Of a stretch of DNA of 64,000 nucleotides, positions 1-9,194 are shown in pieces. Numbering within the stretch: position 1 is the stretch's first letter; each line of letters begins with the position of its first letter. The notes below the pieces were generated by a model that was not told the origin of the DNA, did not search any database, and saw only the letters and a list, made by a program, of their open reading frames with translations. A program made the translations under genes and the position numbers. Source of the stretch: Anaerolineae bacterium (lineage in GTDB: Bacteria > Chloroflexota > Anaerolineae > SpSt-600); NCBI GenBank assembly GCA_025062375.1, contig JANXAG010000004.1, positions 10,542-74,541 on the forward strand, given 5' to 3'.

Positions 1-170
1 ACCTTGTCCTCCGCTACGATTTCAGCAATGTTAAACTTCGCTGGGAACCCGGGAAACTGGAGCCTGGCCAGCCCCTCGGGGAACCACACATACCCTTTAA
101 GAAGCTGGATGAAAAAATAGCCGAAGAAGAGTTAAAGAGGATGCTGGCTTTAGCTGGTGAAGCGGTTTAA
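1..170 (+). CDS. 3' end of an upstream CDS (partial, unknown product)
   Basis: Frame starting at nt 3 is open to a TAA at 168-170 (…KLDEKIAEEELKRMLALAGEAV*). It overlaps the next gene's GTG start by 14 nt. No recognisable domain in the 56 residues visible. Confidence 0.3.
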   Translation, partial: LVLRYDFSNVKLRWEPGKLEPGQPLGEPHIPFKKLDEKIAEEELKRMLALAGEAV

Positions 171-1611
171 AAGGAGCTTCTGGCTTATAATCCTGGCCGC
201 TTTCGCCCTCAGGTTTCTTCCCCTCCGGTGGCATTCCTTCCACCCAGATGAAGCCCTTTATTCCTGGTGGGCCTCCCTGATAGCCAGATGGGAAGATCCT
301 TTCCTTCTTTCACCCTGGGTGGACAAGCCACCGCTGTATCTTTACCTCCTGGCTTTTTCCTTCAAAGTTTTCGGCATTTCGGAGTTTTCTGCCCGTTTCA
401 CAGGAATTTTTGCCGGAACTCTTTCCGTAGCTTTCCTCAGGGCGTGGCTGAAAGCTCTCTATGGAGAGAAAGTTTCCGCCATCAGCGCAACCCTTTTCGC
501 TTTCCTCCCCCTACCGGTGCTTTTTTCCCCCACAGCCCTCACTGACCCCTGGCTCTCCATGTTGATTTTAGCATCCATGTGGATGGCCTGCTACGATAAA
601 AAGCCTTCTCTCACAGCCTTCCTGGCGGGCCTCGGGGCAGGCTTGGCCTTAGGAACTAAACAGCAGGGCCTTTTCTTGGCCCCTTTCTCTCTCTTCCTCA
701 CTTCCCACTGCAAGAGGAAGGGTTTCCCCCGCTTTTTCTGGCTTTCAGGCTTTCTAATAATTCTTGTCCTTGTTGGGTGGTGGGATTCGCTCCGGTGGGA
801 AACCCGCCCCAGCTTTTGGGACCGCAGTTTTACAACCTACGGTGGACTCAGCCTCGTCCCCTGGCAGGAACTTGGTTGTAGATTTTTAAAGTGGCTTGAG
901 CTTTTGAGCTGGACCGCCGGGGGACCATTTCCAGCGGCTATCCTTACCATTCTGCTCGCTCTATCCTGGCGGGCTGACCCTCTGCGGGCTAAATTTGACC
1001 GGATACTCCTGGGATTTGTGGCGTTCTGGTTTGTGCCGCATTGGCTCTTCAATTTTCAAATCTGGGACCGATACGTCTTGCCTGTAACACCACTCCTCGC
1101 TGCCCTCTGGGGACGTGGGCTTACTGCCCTCAATAAGCCGGGATGGAAAATTTTCGCTATCGCTTTAATTCTGAGTTTTAGCCTCTTATCCCTCAGGCCC
1201 GACGGTCTTCCCGCTGGAAGCAATTATAGCCTCTACGATGGGATCGAAGAATTGGTCTGCTATCTCCGCGAGAACGCCAAACCGATGACTATCCTCTACC
1301 ACCGTTACCTTGGATGGCATCTTAACTTCTATTTACACAATACAGGGGTGGAAATCCGCTGGTATCCTTCTCCCGAAGGCTTGGTGAGGGACCTGGAAAC
1401 TCAAGGTGCGGAAGAGAAACTCCTGGCCTTCACTCCTTTTGAAGAGTATGAACCTGTCCTTCAAGCCCTTAAGCAAGCAGACTATTCTCTGGAAAAGACA
1501 GCGGAATTTTCCCGTTCGGATGGCAAAACCTTTAAAGTTTACAGGATATTAACACGGCCGGGAAGTTGGGCTCCTCGCTTGCTCAAGCCTTCGCATGGAT
1601 TGTATAATTAA
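157..1611 (+). CDS. GT-C fold membrane glycosyltransferase (GT39/GT83, ArnT/PMT-like)
   Basis: GTG start. Multi-TM N-terminus with HPDEALYSWWA… loop motif typical of ArnT/PMT-type dolichyl/undecaprenyl-phosphate sugar transferases. C-terminal soluble domain. Confidence 0.7.
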   Translation: MKRFKRSFWLIILAAFALRFLPLRWHSFHPDEALYSWWASLIARWEDPFLLSPWVDKPPLYLYLLAFSFKVFGISEFSARFTGIFAGTLSVAFLRAWLKALYGEKVSAISATLFAFLPLPVLFSPTALTDPWLSMLILASMWMACYDKKPSLTAFLAGLGAGLALGTKQQGLFLAPFSLFLTSHCKRKGFPRFFWLSGFLIILVLVGWWDSLRWETRPSFWDRSFTTYGGLSLVPWQELGCRFLKWLELLSWTAGGPFPAAILTILLALSWRADPLRAKFDRILLGFVAFWFVPHWLFNFQIWDRYVLPVTPLLAALWGRGLTALNKPGWKIFAIALILSFSLLSLRPDGLPAGSNYSLYDGIEELVCYLRENAKPMTILYHRYLGWHLNFYLHNTGVEIRWYPSPEGLVRDLETQGAEEKLLAFTPFEEYEPVLQALKQADYSLEKTAEFSRSDGKTFKVYRILTRPGSWAPRLLKPSHGLYN

Positions 1612-1631
1612 CTCTGGGCAAGAGGGAGGCG

Positions 1632-2468
1632 ATGGGGGATAAAAGGACCGTTGATGAGCTTTCCATAGAAGAGCTGGAGCGCATCCTCCTTCTCAAAAAG
1701 ATGGAAGCTCGAGCCAGACAGAGGGAACGGCTGGCTCTGGAGGGAAGGCTTGTGCTCCGAAGCGAACAGAATGCGGGGGCGGCCACTTCCCTGCAGCCCA
1801 GACCAAAGGCGCTGAAGCGCTGGCAGGAAAACCTCCTTCTTTCTCTGGAAATTATCGCCTTGATAGGCCTGCTGGCCGTGGTTATTATATCTTTCATCAA
1901 CATCCATTCCCTGAACCAGGAAGTAGCGCAGGCTCTGGGCGCTCCACCCCCAACCCCAACTCCCATCATTGACGTGGTAATCCTGCCGGGGAGGCCACCT
2001 CAGCCTTCGGGAGACCTGCCTGCCCGTTACAGGGACATGGTTAAGCCAGCTCCACCTGTAGTTATCCCCACTCCCAGTCCCGGCGCCCCCACGCGCATTG
2101 TTATACCCAAAATAGGCGTTGATGCCCCGGTGGTGGAAGGAGACGGTTGGGAAGAATTAAAGCGGGGGGTCGGACACCACATAGGCTCCGCTAACCCCGG
2201 AGAAAGGGGCAACATGGTGCTTTCCGGCCACAATGACATCTTCGGGGAAGTATTCAGGGACCTGCACAAGCTTGATCTTGGAGACGAGATAATAGTTTAT
2301 GCCGGAGAAGTGCCCTATAGATACATAGTTAAAGCCAAAAAGATAGTGGAGCCAACAGATGTCAGCGTTATGGCTCCCACCACAACCCCCATTGTAACCC
2401 TGATAACCTGTTATCCCTATCGGATTGACACCCACCGCCTGATTATAGTGGGAGAGCTTTCTCAGTGA
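1632..2468 (+). CDS. sortase family transpeptidase (N-terminal coiled-coil + TM anchor)
   Basis: C-terminal catalytic domain with conserved His (LSGHND) and the sortase TLITC catalytic-Cys motif (IVTLITCYPY). Pro-rich linker after a single TM. Confidence 0.8.
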   Translation: MGDKRTVDELSIEELERILLLKKMEARARQRERLALEGRLVLRSEQNAGAATSLQPRPKALKRWQENLLLSLEIIALIGLLAVVIISFINIHSLNQEVAQALGAPPPTPTPIIDVVILPGRPPQPSGDLPARYRDMVKPAPPVVIPTPSPGAPTRIVIPKIGVDAPVVEGDGWEELKRGVGHHIGSANPGERGNMVLSGHNDIFGEVFRDLHKLDLGDEIIVYAGEVPYRYIVKAKKIVEPTDVSVMAPTTTPIVTLITCYPYRIDTHRLIIVGELSQ

Positions 2469-4729
2469 GGTTCCGCTTAGCTTTCCTGCTCATGGGTTTT
2501 ACTTTTACCATTACCCAGGCCATAATGGTCCGGGAACTGCTGGTAGCTTTTCTGGGGAACGAGCTGTCCATTGGCCTCGTTTTAGGATGCTGGCTTATCC
2601 TGGAAGCGCTTGGTAGCCTGATAATGGCCCGTTTCATCCTTCGCTTCAGTTCTCCGCTCCTTTACCCTCTCCTTCAGGTCTTCCTGGCTCTGGCTTTACC
2701 TCTTTCCCTGGTCTTGGCTTTTTCGGTGCGAACCCTGCTTGGAGCTGTGCCTGGCCAGGGATTGGGTATAGGGGTTATGTCTCTCACCTCCTTTCTTATC
2801 CTTTTGCCCATCGGTATAGTTGACGGAGCCATGTTCACTGCAGCTTCTGAAGCTTTCACCCATTCCACACGGAAGGGGATCCCGGCAGTAGGGGAGGTTT
2901 ACGTTCTAGAAGCGATTGGAGGGATAGCAGGAGGAGTCCTTTTCACATCCTTTTTTTCCAGTCTCCTTTCTCCTCGGACAATCCTGTTTCTTGTGTTGCT
3001 TAACCTCATTTCGGCTTTATCTCTGAGCGTAACTGCGGGAAGAAAGGCTTCAGCGGTTATTGGAATCTTTTTATTAGCCACTCTGACTCTCATGTTGCCG
3101 GGCCCAGGTTCAGCAATAGAGCGTATCATCATCGGGACGCAATGGAAAGGATACGAGGTGGCCTTCTACGGAAACTCCGTCTACGGCAATGTAACCGTCA
3201 TCCGCCTGGGGGAGCAGTATACCCTCTTCTCAAACGGCATTCCCATCGTCACTACCCCTTTCCCCGATCTGAACTTTGTCCAGGATTTAGCTCACCTTCC
3301 CCTCCTCTTTGTTCAGGAGACGAAGCAATGTCTTATCGTAAGTGGAGGGGCGGGTGGCTTGATCCGGGAACTCCTCAAATACCCGTGGGAACGGATTGAT
3401 TACGCCGAACTTGACCCTCTCCTCCTCAGGGCACTGCGGTTTATCCGCACCCCCCTTACTGAAGAAGAGCTGGGCAATCCGGCGGTGGAAGTGCACTACC
3501 TTGATGGCCGCTTCCTTATTCGGAAAAGGGCCCGCCTTGAGGGTTCGCCCCCATATAACCTTGTAATCATCAACTTACCATACCCTTCAACGCTCCAGCT
3601 CAATCGCTTTTACACCCATGAGTTTTTCCTCCTCGTTCGGGAAGTTTTAGCGAAAGAAGGTGTTCTTGTGGTTATGGCCCCAGGCTCGCTTACCTATCTG
3701 AGCCCGGCCATGCGTAACCTTAACCTCTCCCTTTATGCCACTCTGAAGGGGGCCTTCCCTTATGTTTTCCCCATCCCTGGCGATGGAGTTAATCTGTGGT
3801 TGGCTTCCGAAGGCATTGATTTTGAAAAGATTGGGGTAGAGGAGCTCGTAAGGCGTGCTCAGGAGCGACCCCTCCAGGGGACTGTGGTGGGGGAAAGGTA
3901 TTTGAGGTTGCGCTTCGATCCAGGTAAACTTTCATGGTTCAGGAGAGAGCTTGAAGGCGGCGAGGCTTCTGTGAACTTTGACTTGAAGCCCCTGGGTCTT
4001 TTGCACGGTCTTGCTTACTGGAACGAGGTGTTTTCCCCCGCTTTTGCGAAATACTTTGAAACTCTTCTCCGGTTGCGGTTCTGGCACTTTGTCATTTTTA
4101 TAACCCCCTTGGCCTTGGTGTTTCTCTCCCTCCTCTTCTTGCGGAAGTTGAAATCCACTGTTCTTCTTCCGCTGGTGGTGGCTTCTACGGGCTTTGGTGG
4201 CATGTGTTACGACCTTGCGGTTATCTTTGCCTTCCAGATTTTCTATGGCTACGTTTACCGTGAAATAGCTCTTCTGGTAGCGGCCTTTATGGCTGGCCTG
4301 AGCTTTGGGGGATGGTTCATGAGCAGGAGGGCTGAAAGAGTAGGTAAATGGAGCAAGCTGGTGGAGGTAGAAGGAGGGCTGGTAGCTCTTTGGTTCTTTT
4401 TCCCGTTGATCCTGGTGGCTATCTACCGTTGGGGAGGGGAAGCCAGCGTGCCGTTGCTCCTGGCCCTTAATGCTCTGGGTGGGTTTATGGTGGGAATAGA
4501 GTTCCCTCTGGCCAGCAAGATCTATTCAGAAAGGCACAGGCTAAGCGAGGCAGCTGGTGTTATGTATGGAATGGACCTGGCAGGGGCATTTCTGGGGTCA
4601 ATTTTGTTCTCGGTAACCCTTCTGCCTTCTCTGGGCCTTGTGGGAAGCTGCTGGCTTGTGGGTGTGATAAAGTTAGTGAGCTTCACTGTAGTCCTGTTAA
4701 GCCGGAGTTTAATGAATCAGCAAGCATAA
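2465..4729 (+). CDS. membrane-fused spermidine synthase-like (polyamine aminopropyltransferase family) protein
   Basis: ATGA overlap with the sortase gene. About 7 N-terminal TM helices, a central SAM-MTase/spermidine-synthase-like core (LIVSGGAGGLIRELLKYP…DYAELDP) and more C-terminal TM helices. Confidence 0.7.
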   Translation: MRFRLAFLLMGFTFTITQAIMVRELLVAFLGNELSIGLVLGCWLILEALGSLIMARFILRFSSPLLYPLLQVFLALALPLSLVLAFSVRTLLGAVPGQGLGIGVMSLTSFLILLPIGIVDGAMFTAASEAFTHSTRKGIPAVGEVYVLEAIGGIAGGVLFTSFFSSLLSPRTILFLVLLNLISALSLSVTAGRKASAVIGIFLLATLTLMLPGPGSAIERIIIGTQWKGYEVAFYGNSVYGNVTVIRLGEQYTLFSNGIPIVTTPFPDLNFVQDLAHLPLLFVQETKQCLIVSGGAGGLIRELLKYPWERIDYAELDPLLLRALRFIRTPLTEEELGNPAVEVHYLDGRFLIRKRARLEGSPPYNLVIINLPYPSTLQLNRFYTHEFFLLVREVLAKEGVLVVMAPGSLTYLSPAMRNLNLSLYATLKGAFPYVFPIPGDGVNLWLASEGIDFEKIGVEELVRRAQERPLQGTVVGERYLRLRFDPGKLSWFRRELEGGEASVNFDLKPLGLLHGLAYWNEVFSPAFAKYFETLLRLRFWHFVIFITPLALVFLSLLFLRKLKSTVLLPLVVASTGFGGMCYDLAVIFAFQIFYGYVYREIALLVAAFMAGLSFGGWFMSRRAERVGKWSKLVEVEGGLVALWFFFPLILVAIYRWGGEASVPLLLALNALGGFMVGIEFPLASKIYSERHRLSEAAGVMYGMDLAGAFLGSILFSVTLLPSLGLVGSCWLVGVIKLVSFTVVLLSRSLMNQQA

Positions 4730-4908
4730 AAGCCAGGGCTATTGTGCTCCAGGGGATACCTTTGAGGACCATTCCGAAAGCCCCGGGCGAGAGGGTAATT
4801 TACCAGCTGATGTTTGTTCAAGGGATTCTTCAGGCTCTTCCTGGCGAAAAATGCGCCGGACGCCGGTTGCAGTGCTTAGGTACAATCTGGCACGGAAGCT
4901 CCCGCTCT

Positions 4909-4937
4909 TTGCTTTCTTTGCGCTCCTGTGGTATAAT
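4909..4937 (+). promoter_or_regulatory. sigma-70-type promoter (TTGCTT-17-TGgTATAAT) upstream of the dehydrogenase operon
   Basis: TTGCTT at 4909-4914, 17-nt spacer, TG-extended TATAAT at 4932-4937. Leaves a ~160-nt leader before the 5101 start. Confidence 0.5.
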
Positions 4938-5100
4938 TTTTTGGGTATAAAGGAAAGCTCTTTAAAAGGTTAATTCTACGCTGCTCCCCAGGAGCCTTCA
5001 GGCTCTTTAGAAGCTTCTTTTTACCTCTCTTTCCCCCTAAAAAATTCGGGGAGAAAAAAATTTTTCCGGGCCTTAAATAACCCCAAAGGAGGGGTCAAAA

Positions 5101-6063
5101 ATGGCAATTGAAAAGGAAAAGCTTCTCTGGATGTACGAGAAGATGCGCACCATCCGGGCCTTTGAGGAGAAGGTGGGTGAGCTTTTTGCTGCCGGCAAAA
5201 TCCCGGGCTTTGTCCACCTCTACATTGGAGAAGAAGCTGTGGCCGTGGGTGTGTGCGCAAACCTCCGGGATGATGATTACATTACCAGCACCCACCGCGG
5301 GCACGGCCATCTCATCGCCAAGGGCGGCGATCTCAAATTCATGATGGCTGAGCTTTTTGGGAAGAAGACCGGTTACTGCAAGGGCAAGGGTGGTTCCATG
5401 CACATCGCTGACCTGGACCTGGGAATCCTGGGAGCCAACGGAATTGTGGGCGGAGGGCTCCCTATAGCCGCCGGTGCTGCTCTGGCCGCTAAATACCTGG
5501 GAACCGACCGGGTCGTAGCCTGTTTCTTCGGGGATGGGGCTGCTAACCAAGGCACCTTCCACGAAGCCCTCAATATGGCCTCTATCTGGAACTTGCCCGT
5601 TATCTTCGTGTGCGAGAACAACTATTACGCCATTTCCCTCCACCAGCGCAAACACATGCATGTCACCGACATTGCCGAAAGGGCCAAGGCCTACGATATT
5701 CCCGGTGTAGTGGTGGATGGCAACGATGTTATCGCCGTCTACGAAGCGGCCGAAGCAGCAGTTAAAAGGGCAAGGGCCGGGGAGGGTCCCACCCTCATTG
5801 AGTGCAAAACTTACCGCTACCGTGGCCACTTTGAGGGCGACCCCATGGTTTACAGGACCAGGGAAGAGGCCGAAGAGTGGATGAAGAAAGACCCCATAAC
5901 CCGCTTTGAGGCCAAGCTCCTGGAGATGGGGGTCCTGACGCCTGAGGACATAAGCAGAATCCAGGAAGAGATCAAAGCCAAGGTTGAAGAAGCCGTCCGC
6001 TTCGCCGAAGAGAGCCCCTATCCTGAGCCGGCCGAAGTCTTTCAGGACGTTTATACCGAATGA
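5101..6063 (+). CDS. TPP-dependent 2-oxoacid (acetoin/pyruvate) dehydrogenase E1 alpha subunit, copy 1
   Basis: GDG(X)n N TPP-binding region (FFGDGAANQGTFHEALNMA), HLYIGEEA and YRYRGHFEGD motifs of the E1 alpha family. RBS GGAGGGG upstream. Confidence 0.9.
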   Translation: MAIEKEKLLWMYEKMRTIRAFEEKVGELFAAGKIPGFVHLYIGEEAVAVGVCANLRDDDYITSTHRGHGHLIAKGGDLKFMMAELFGKKTGYCKGKGGSMHIADLDLGILGANGIVGGGLPIAAGAALAAKYLGTDRVVACFFGDGAANQGTFHEALNMASIWNLPVIFVCENNYYAISLHQRKHMHVTDIAERAKAYDIPGVVVDGNDVIAVYEAAEAAVKRARAGEGPTLIECKTYRYRGHFEGDPMVYRTREEAEEWMKKDPITRFEAKLLEMGVLTPEDISRIQEEIKAKVEEAVRFAEESPYPEPAEVFQDVYTE

Positions 6064-6075
6064 AAGGAGGCCAAG

Positions 6076-7053
6076 ATGAGGAAGCTTACCTTCGCTCAGG
6101 CTTTGAACGAAGCCCTCAGGCAGGAAATGAGGCGCGATCCCACCATTTACGTGGCTGGAGAAGACGTGGGTAAATACGGGGGAATCTTCGGAGTTACGGC
6201 CGGCCTCCTGGAAGAGTTCGGGGAGGAGAGGGTGAGGGATACCCCCATCACCGAAAGTGCCATCATAGGCTCGGCGGTGGGAGCTGCAGCGGCAGGGCTG
6301 CGCCCTGTGGTGGAAATAATGTTCATAGACTTCATCGGTGTAGCTCTGGATCAGCTTTTCAACCAGGCAGCCAAGATGAAGTATATGTTCGGCGGAAAGG
6401 CCAAGCTCCCTATAGTGGTTCGGACCACCTGTGGAGCAGGGATGTGCGCTGCCGCCCAGCACTCCCAGAGCCTTGAAGCCTGGTTCATGCACATACCCGG
6501 CCTCAAAGTCGTGGCTCCCTCCACCCCTTACGATGCCAAAGGCCTCCTTATTTCCTCTATAAGGGACGATAACCCTGTCTTCTTCATTGAGCACAAAATG
6601 CTCTACGGTCTCGAGGGCGATGTTCCGGAGGAGCCCTACACCATACCCCTGGGCGTGGCTGATATAAAGAGGGAAGGGAAAGATGTGACAGTGGTGGCCA
6701 CCATGGCTATGGTCCACAAAGCCCTTGAAGCTGCCGATGAATTGGCAAAGGAGGGAATAGAAGTGGAAGTGGTGGACCCCCGCACCCTTTCCCCTCTTGA
6801 CAAAGAAACCATAATAAACTCCGTTAAGAAAACCCACCGCCTGGTAGTCGTTCATGAAGCGGTGAAGCAGGCAGGGCCCGGGGCTGAGATCGCTGCTATG
6901 GTAGCTGAGGAGGCTTTTGATTACCTTGATGCTCCTATCAAGAGAGTAGCAGCACCCTTCACCCCTGTTCCCTTCAGCCCCGTTCTGGAAAGCGCTTACA
7001 TTCCGAGCAAAGACAACATCATCTCAGCTGTTAGAGAGGTCCTGGGGAAATGA
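6076..7053 (+). CDS. 2-oxoacid dehydrogenase E1 beta subunit, copy 1
   Basis: Transketolase-like pyrimidine-binding and C-terminal domains (DTPITESAIIGSAVGAA…, GVADIKREGKDVTVVA). Confidence 0.9.
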   Translation: MRKLTFAQALNEALRQEMRRDPTIYVAGEDVGKYGGIFGVTAGLLEEFGEERVRDTPITESAIIGSAVGAAAAGLRPVVEIMFIDFIGVALDQLFNQAAKMKYMFGGKAKLPIVVRTTCGAGMCAAAQHSQSLEAWFMHIPGLKVVAPSTPYDAKGLLISSIRDDNPVFFIEHKMLYGLEGDVPEEPYTIPLGVADIKREGKDVTVVATMAMVHKALEAADELAKEGIEVEVVDPRTLSPLDKETIINSVKKTHRLVVVHEAVKQAGPGAEIAAMVAEEAFDYLDAPIKRVAAPFTPVPFSPVLESAYIPSKDNIISAVREVLGK

Positions 7054-7110
7054 AAGCGCTGGGGGAGGGTCTTTCAGGCCCTCCCCCTAATTTTTGCGGA
7101 GGGATAAACC

Positions 7111-8097
7111 ATGCCCGTGGAAAGGGAAAAGCTCGTAGAACTTTACCGCACCATGCTCAAGATTCGCCTCTTTGAGGAAAGGGTGGCTGAAATCTACTGG
7201 GAGGGCAAGTCCCCCGTTTTCAACATTGCGGCCGACCCTATCCCCGGTGAGATGCACCTTTACATTGGCGAGGAAGCAGTAGCTACCGGAGTCTGCGCTC
7301 ACCTCAGGCCCGATGACATGGTGGCTGGAACCCACCGCTCCCATGGCCATTACATAGCCAAGGGAGGAGACCTCAAGAAGCTCATGGCCGAGCTTTTCGG
7401 TAAAAAAACCGGGCTCTGCCAGGGCAAGGGAGGCCACATGCACCTTTTTGATGCGGGCCTCCACTTCGGGTGCGGCGGCATTATCGGTGCGGGGATACCC
7501 CATGCTGTTGGAGCGGCGCTGGCTTTCAAGATGCAGGGCAAAGACAACGTGGCCGTTAGCTTCATAGGCGACGGAGCTGCTAACATCGGAGCTTTCCATG
7601 AATCCCTGAACCTGGCCGCCATATGGAAGCTCCCGGTGGTGATCGTGGTGGAAGATAACCTCTATGCCATTTCCGTTCCGAAGAGCAAATCCACGGCAGT
7701 AAAGTCCAACGCTGAGCGCGCCGCTGCCTATGGTATCCCGGGTGTTCTTGTGGACGGCATGGATGTGATGGCTGTTTACGAGGCGGCTGGCGAAGCCATT
7801 GCCCGGGCCAGGAGGGGTGAGGGGCCATCCCTTATTGAGTGCCTCTGCTACCGCTACCGCGGTCACTTTGAAGGCGATCCCCAGCTCTACAAGCCGGAAG
7901 GCGAAGAGGAGGAGTGGCGCAAGAAGGACCCAATCCCCAACTTCAGGGCCAAACTCATAAGGGAGGGTATCCTCACGGAAGAGGAGGCCAATAAAATCCA
8001 GGAAGAGGTGGCTGCTCTGGTGGCAGAAGCCGAGAAGTTTGCCCGCGAGAGCCCCTGGCCTGAGCCAGAAGAGGCCCTTAAGCATGTTTTTCTTTGA
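7111..8097 (+). CDS. 2-oxoacid dehydrogenase E1 alpha subunit, copy 2 (diverged paralog)
   Basis: Same family motifs as copy 1 (HLYIGEEAVA, FIGDGAANIGAFHESLN, YRYRGHFEGD), roughly 55-60% identical by eye. Extra SPVFNIAADPIPGE insertion. Confidence 0.9.
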   Translation: MPVEREKLVELYRTMLKIRLFEERVAEIYWEGKSPVFNIAADPIPGEMHLYIGEEAVATGVCAHLRPDDMVAGTHRSHGHYIAKGGDLKKLMAELFGKKTGLCQGKGGHMHLFDAGLHFGCGGIIGAGIPHAVGAALAFKMQGKDNVAVSFIGDGAANIGAFHESLNLAAIWKLPVVIVVEDNLYAISVPKSKSTAVKSNAERAAAYGIPGVLVDGMDVMAVYEAAGEAIARARRGEGPSLIECLCYRYRGHFEGDPQLYKPEGEEEEWRKKDPIPNFRAKLIREGILTEEEANKIQEEVAALVAEAEKFARESPWPEPEEALKHVFL

Positions 8098-8112
8098 TGA
8101 GGAGGGGTAAAA

Positions 8113-9120
8113 ATGGCCGAGCGAATCATTTCAATGTATGAGGCTATAGCCGAAGCCATCGCTCAGGAGATGGAGAGGGATCCCCGCGTCTTTGTGATGG
8201 GAGAAGATGTGGGGTTCTACGGGGGTATCTTCGGCGCCACCACCGGGCTCTGGAAGAAATTCGGCGATGAGAGGGTTAGAGACACTCCCATTTCGGAAAT
8301 GGGCTTTGTGGGAGCAGCGGTGGGAGCCGCCCTGGAAGGGATGCGCCCCATTGTAGAGGTGATGTTCGTGGACTTCACCGGGGCATGCTTTGACCAGATC
8401 CTCAACCATATGTCCAAAATTCAGTATATGTCCGGGGGTCAGCTCAAGGTCCCGGTGGTGCTCATGACAGCCATAGGGGGAGGGTACAACGACGCTGCTC
8501 AGCACTCCCAGTGCCTTTACGGCCTCTTTGCCCACCTCCCCGGCCTCAAGATTGTGATCCCATCCACCCCATACGATGCTAAAGGCCTGATGATCCAGGC
8601 CATCCGGGACGATAACCCAGTGATGTATTTCTTTCACAAGGGCCTGATGGGTCTTCCCTGGATGACCATCATAGAAGCCACCTGGGCTCCTGTCCCGGAA
8701 GAGCCCTACACCATCCCCTTCGGTGTGGCTGATATCAAGCGGGAAGGGAAAGATGTGACGGTCGTGGCGGTAGCTATGATGGTTCACAGGGCCCTGGAAG
8801 CCGCTCAGAAGCTGGAGAAGGAAGGCATAAGCGTGGAAGTAATAGACCTGCGCACCCTTGTGCCTCTGGACAGAGAAGCCATCATCAATTCCGTCAAGAA
8901 GACCCATCGCCTCCTGGTGGTGGATGAAGATTACCTGAGTTACGGGATGAGCGGGGAGATAGTGGCTATAGTGGCTGAGAATGCCCTTGAATACCTGGAT
9001 GCTCCTCCTAAGCGCCTGGCTGTTCCGGATGTCCCTATTCCTTATTCCAACACCCTTGAAGATTTCGTAATTCCCTCCGCTGACCGTATTGCGGAGGCAA
9101 TAAAGGAACTTGTAAGCTGA
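8113..9120 (+). CDS. 2-oxoacid dehydrogenase E1 beta subunit, copy 2
   Basis: Paralog of 6076-7053 (DTPISEMGFVGAAVGAA…, GVADIKREGKDVTVVA conserved). Confidence 0.9.
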   Translation: MAERIISMYEAIAEAIAQEMERDPRVFVMGEDVGFYGGIFGATTGLWKKFGDERVRDTPISEMGFVGAAVGAALEGMRPIVEVMFVDFTGACFDQILNHMSKIQYMSGGQLKVPVVLMTAIGGGYNDAAQHSQCLYGLFAHLPGLKIVIPSTPYDAKGLMIQAIRDDNPVMYFFHKGLMGLPWMTIIEATWAPVPEEPYTIPFGVADIKREGKDVTVVAVAMMVHRALEAAQKLEKEGISVEVIDLRTLVPLDREAIINSVKKTHRLLVVDEDYLSYGMSGEIVAIVAENALEYLDAPPKRLAVPDVPIPYSNTLEDFVIPSADRIAEAIKELVS

Positions 9121-9194
9121 AGAAAACCAATTTGGGGTCTCCTCTGCCCTGGACGGGGGCTGGGGAGGCCCCTTTTAATCGGGAAGGAGGGAAC

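Noticed and set aside
267-545. 92-aa alternative-frame ORF inside the GT39-like gene
   Set aside because: It is fully nested in a well-supported membrane-protein gene and has no RBS or motif.
4881-4905. Possible sigma-54 promoter (TGGCACggaagCTCC) upstream of the aco-like operon, as in Bacillus acoABCL
   Set aside because: The -12 element does not match TTGC(A/T), and no AcoR/EBP activator gene is present. A sigma-70 TTGCTT-17-TGgTATAAT promoter is found instead.
5095-6855. 586-aa minus-strand ORF spanning both E1 alpha and E1 beta genes
   Set aside because: Antisense shadow ORF typical of GC-rich coding DNA. The plus-strand genes have unambiguous TPP-enzyme motifs and RBSs, and the minus ORF is low-complexity Gly/His-rich.
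7087-8907. 332-aa and 258-aa minus-strand ORFs antisense to the second E1 alpha/beta pair
   Set aside because: Same reasoning: they overlap well-supported genes and show no domain signal.
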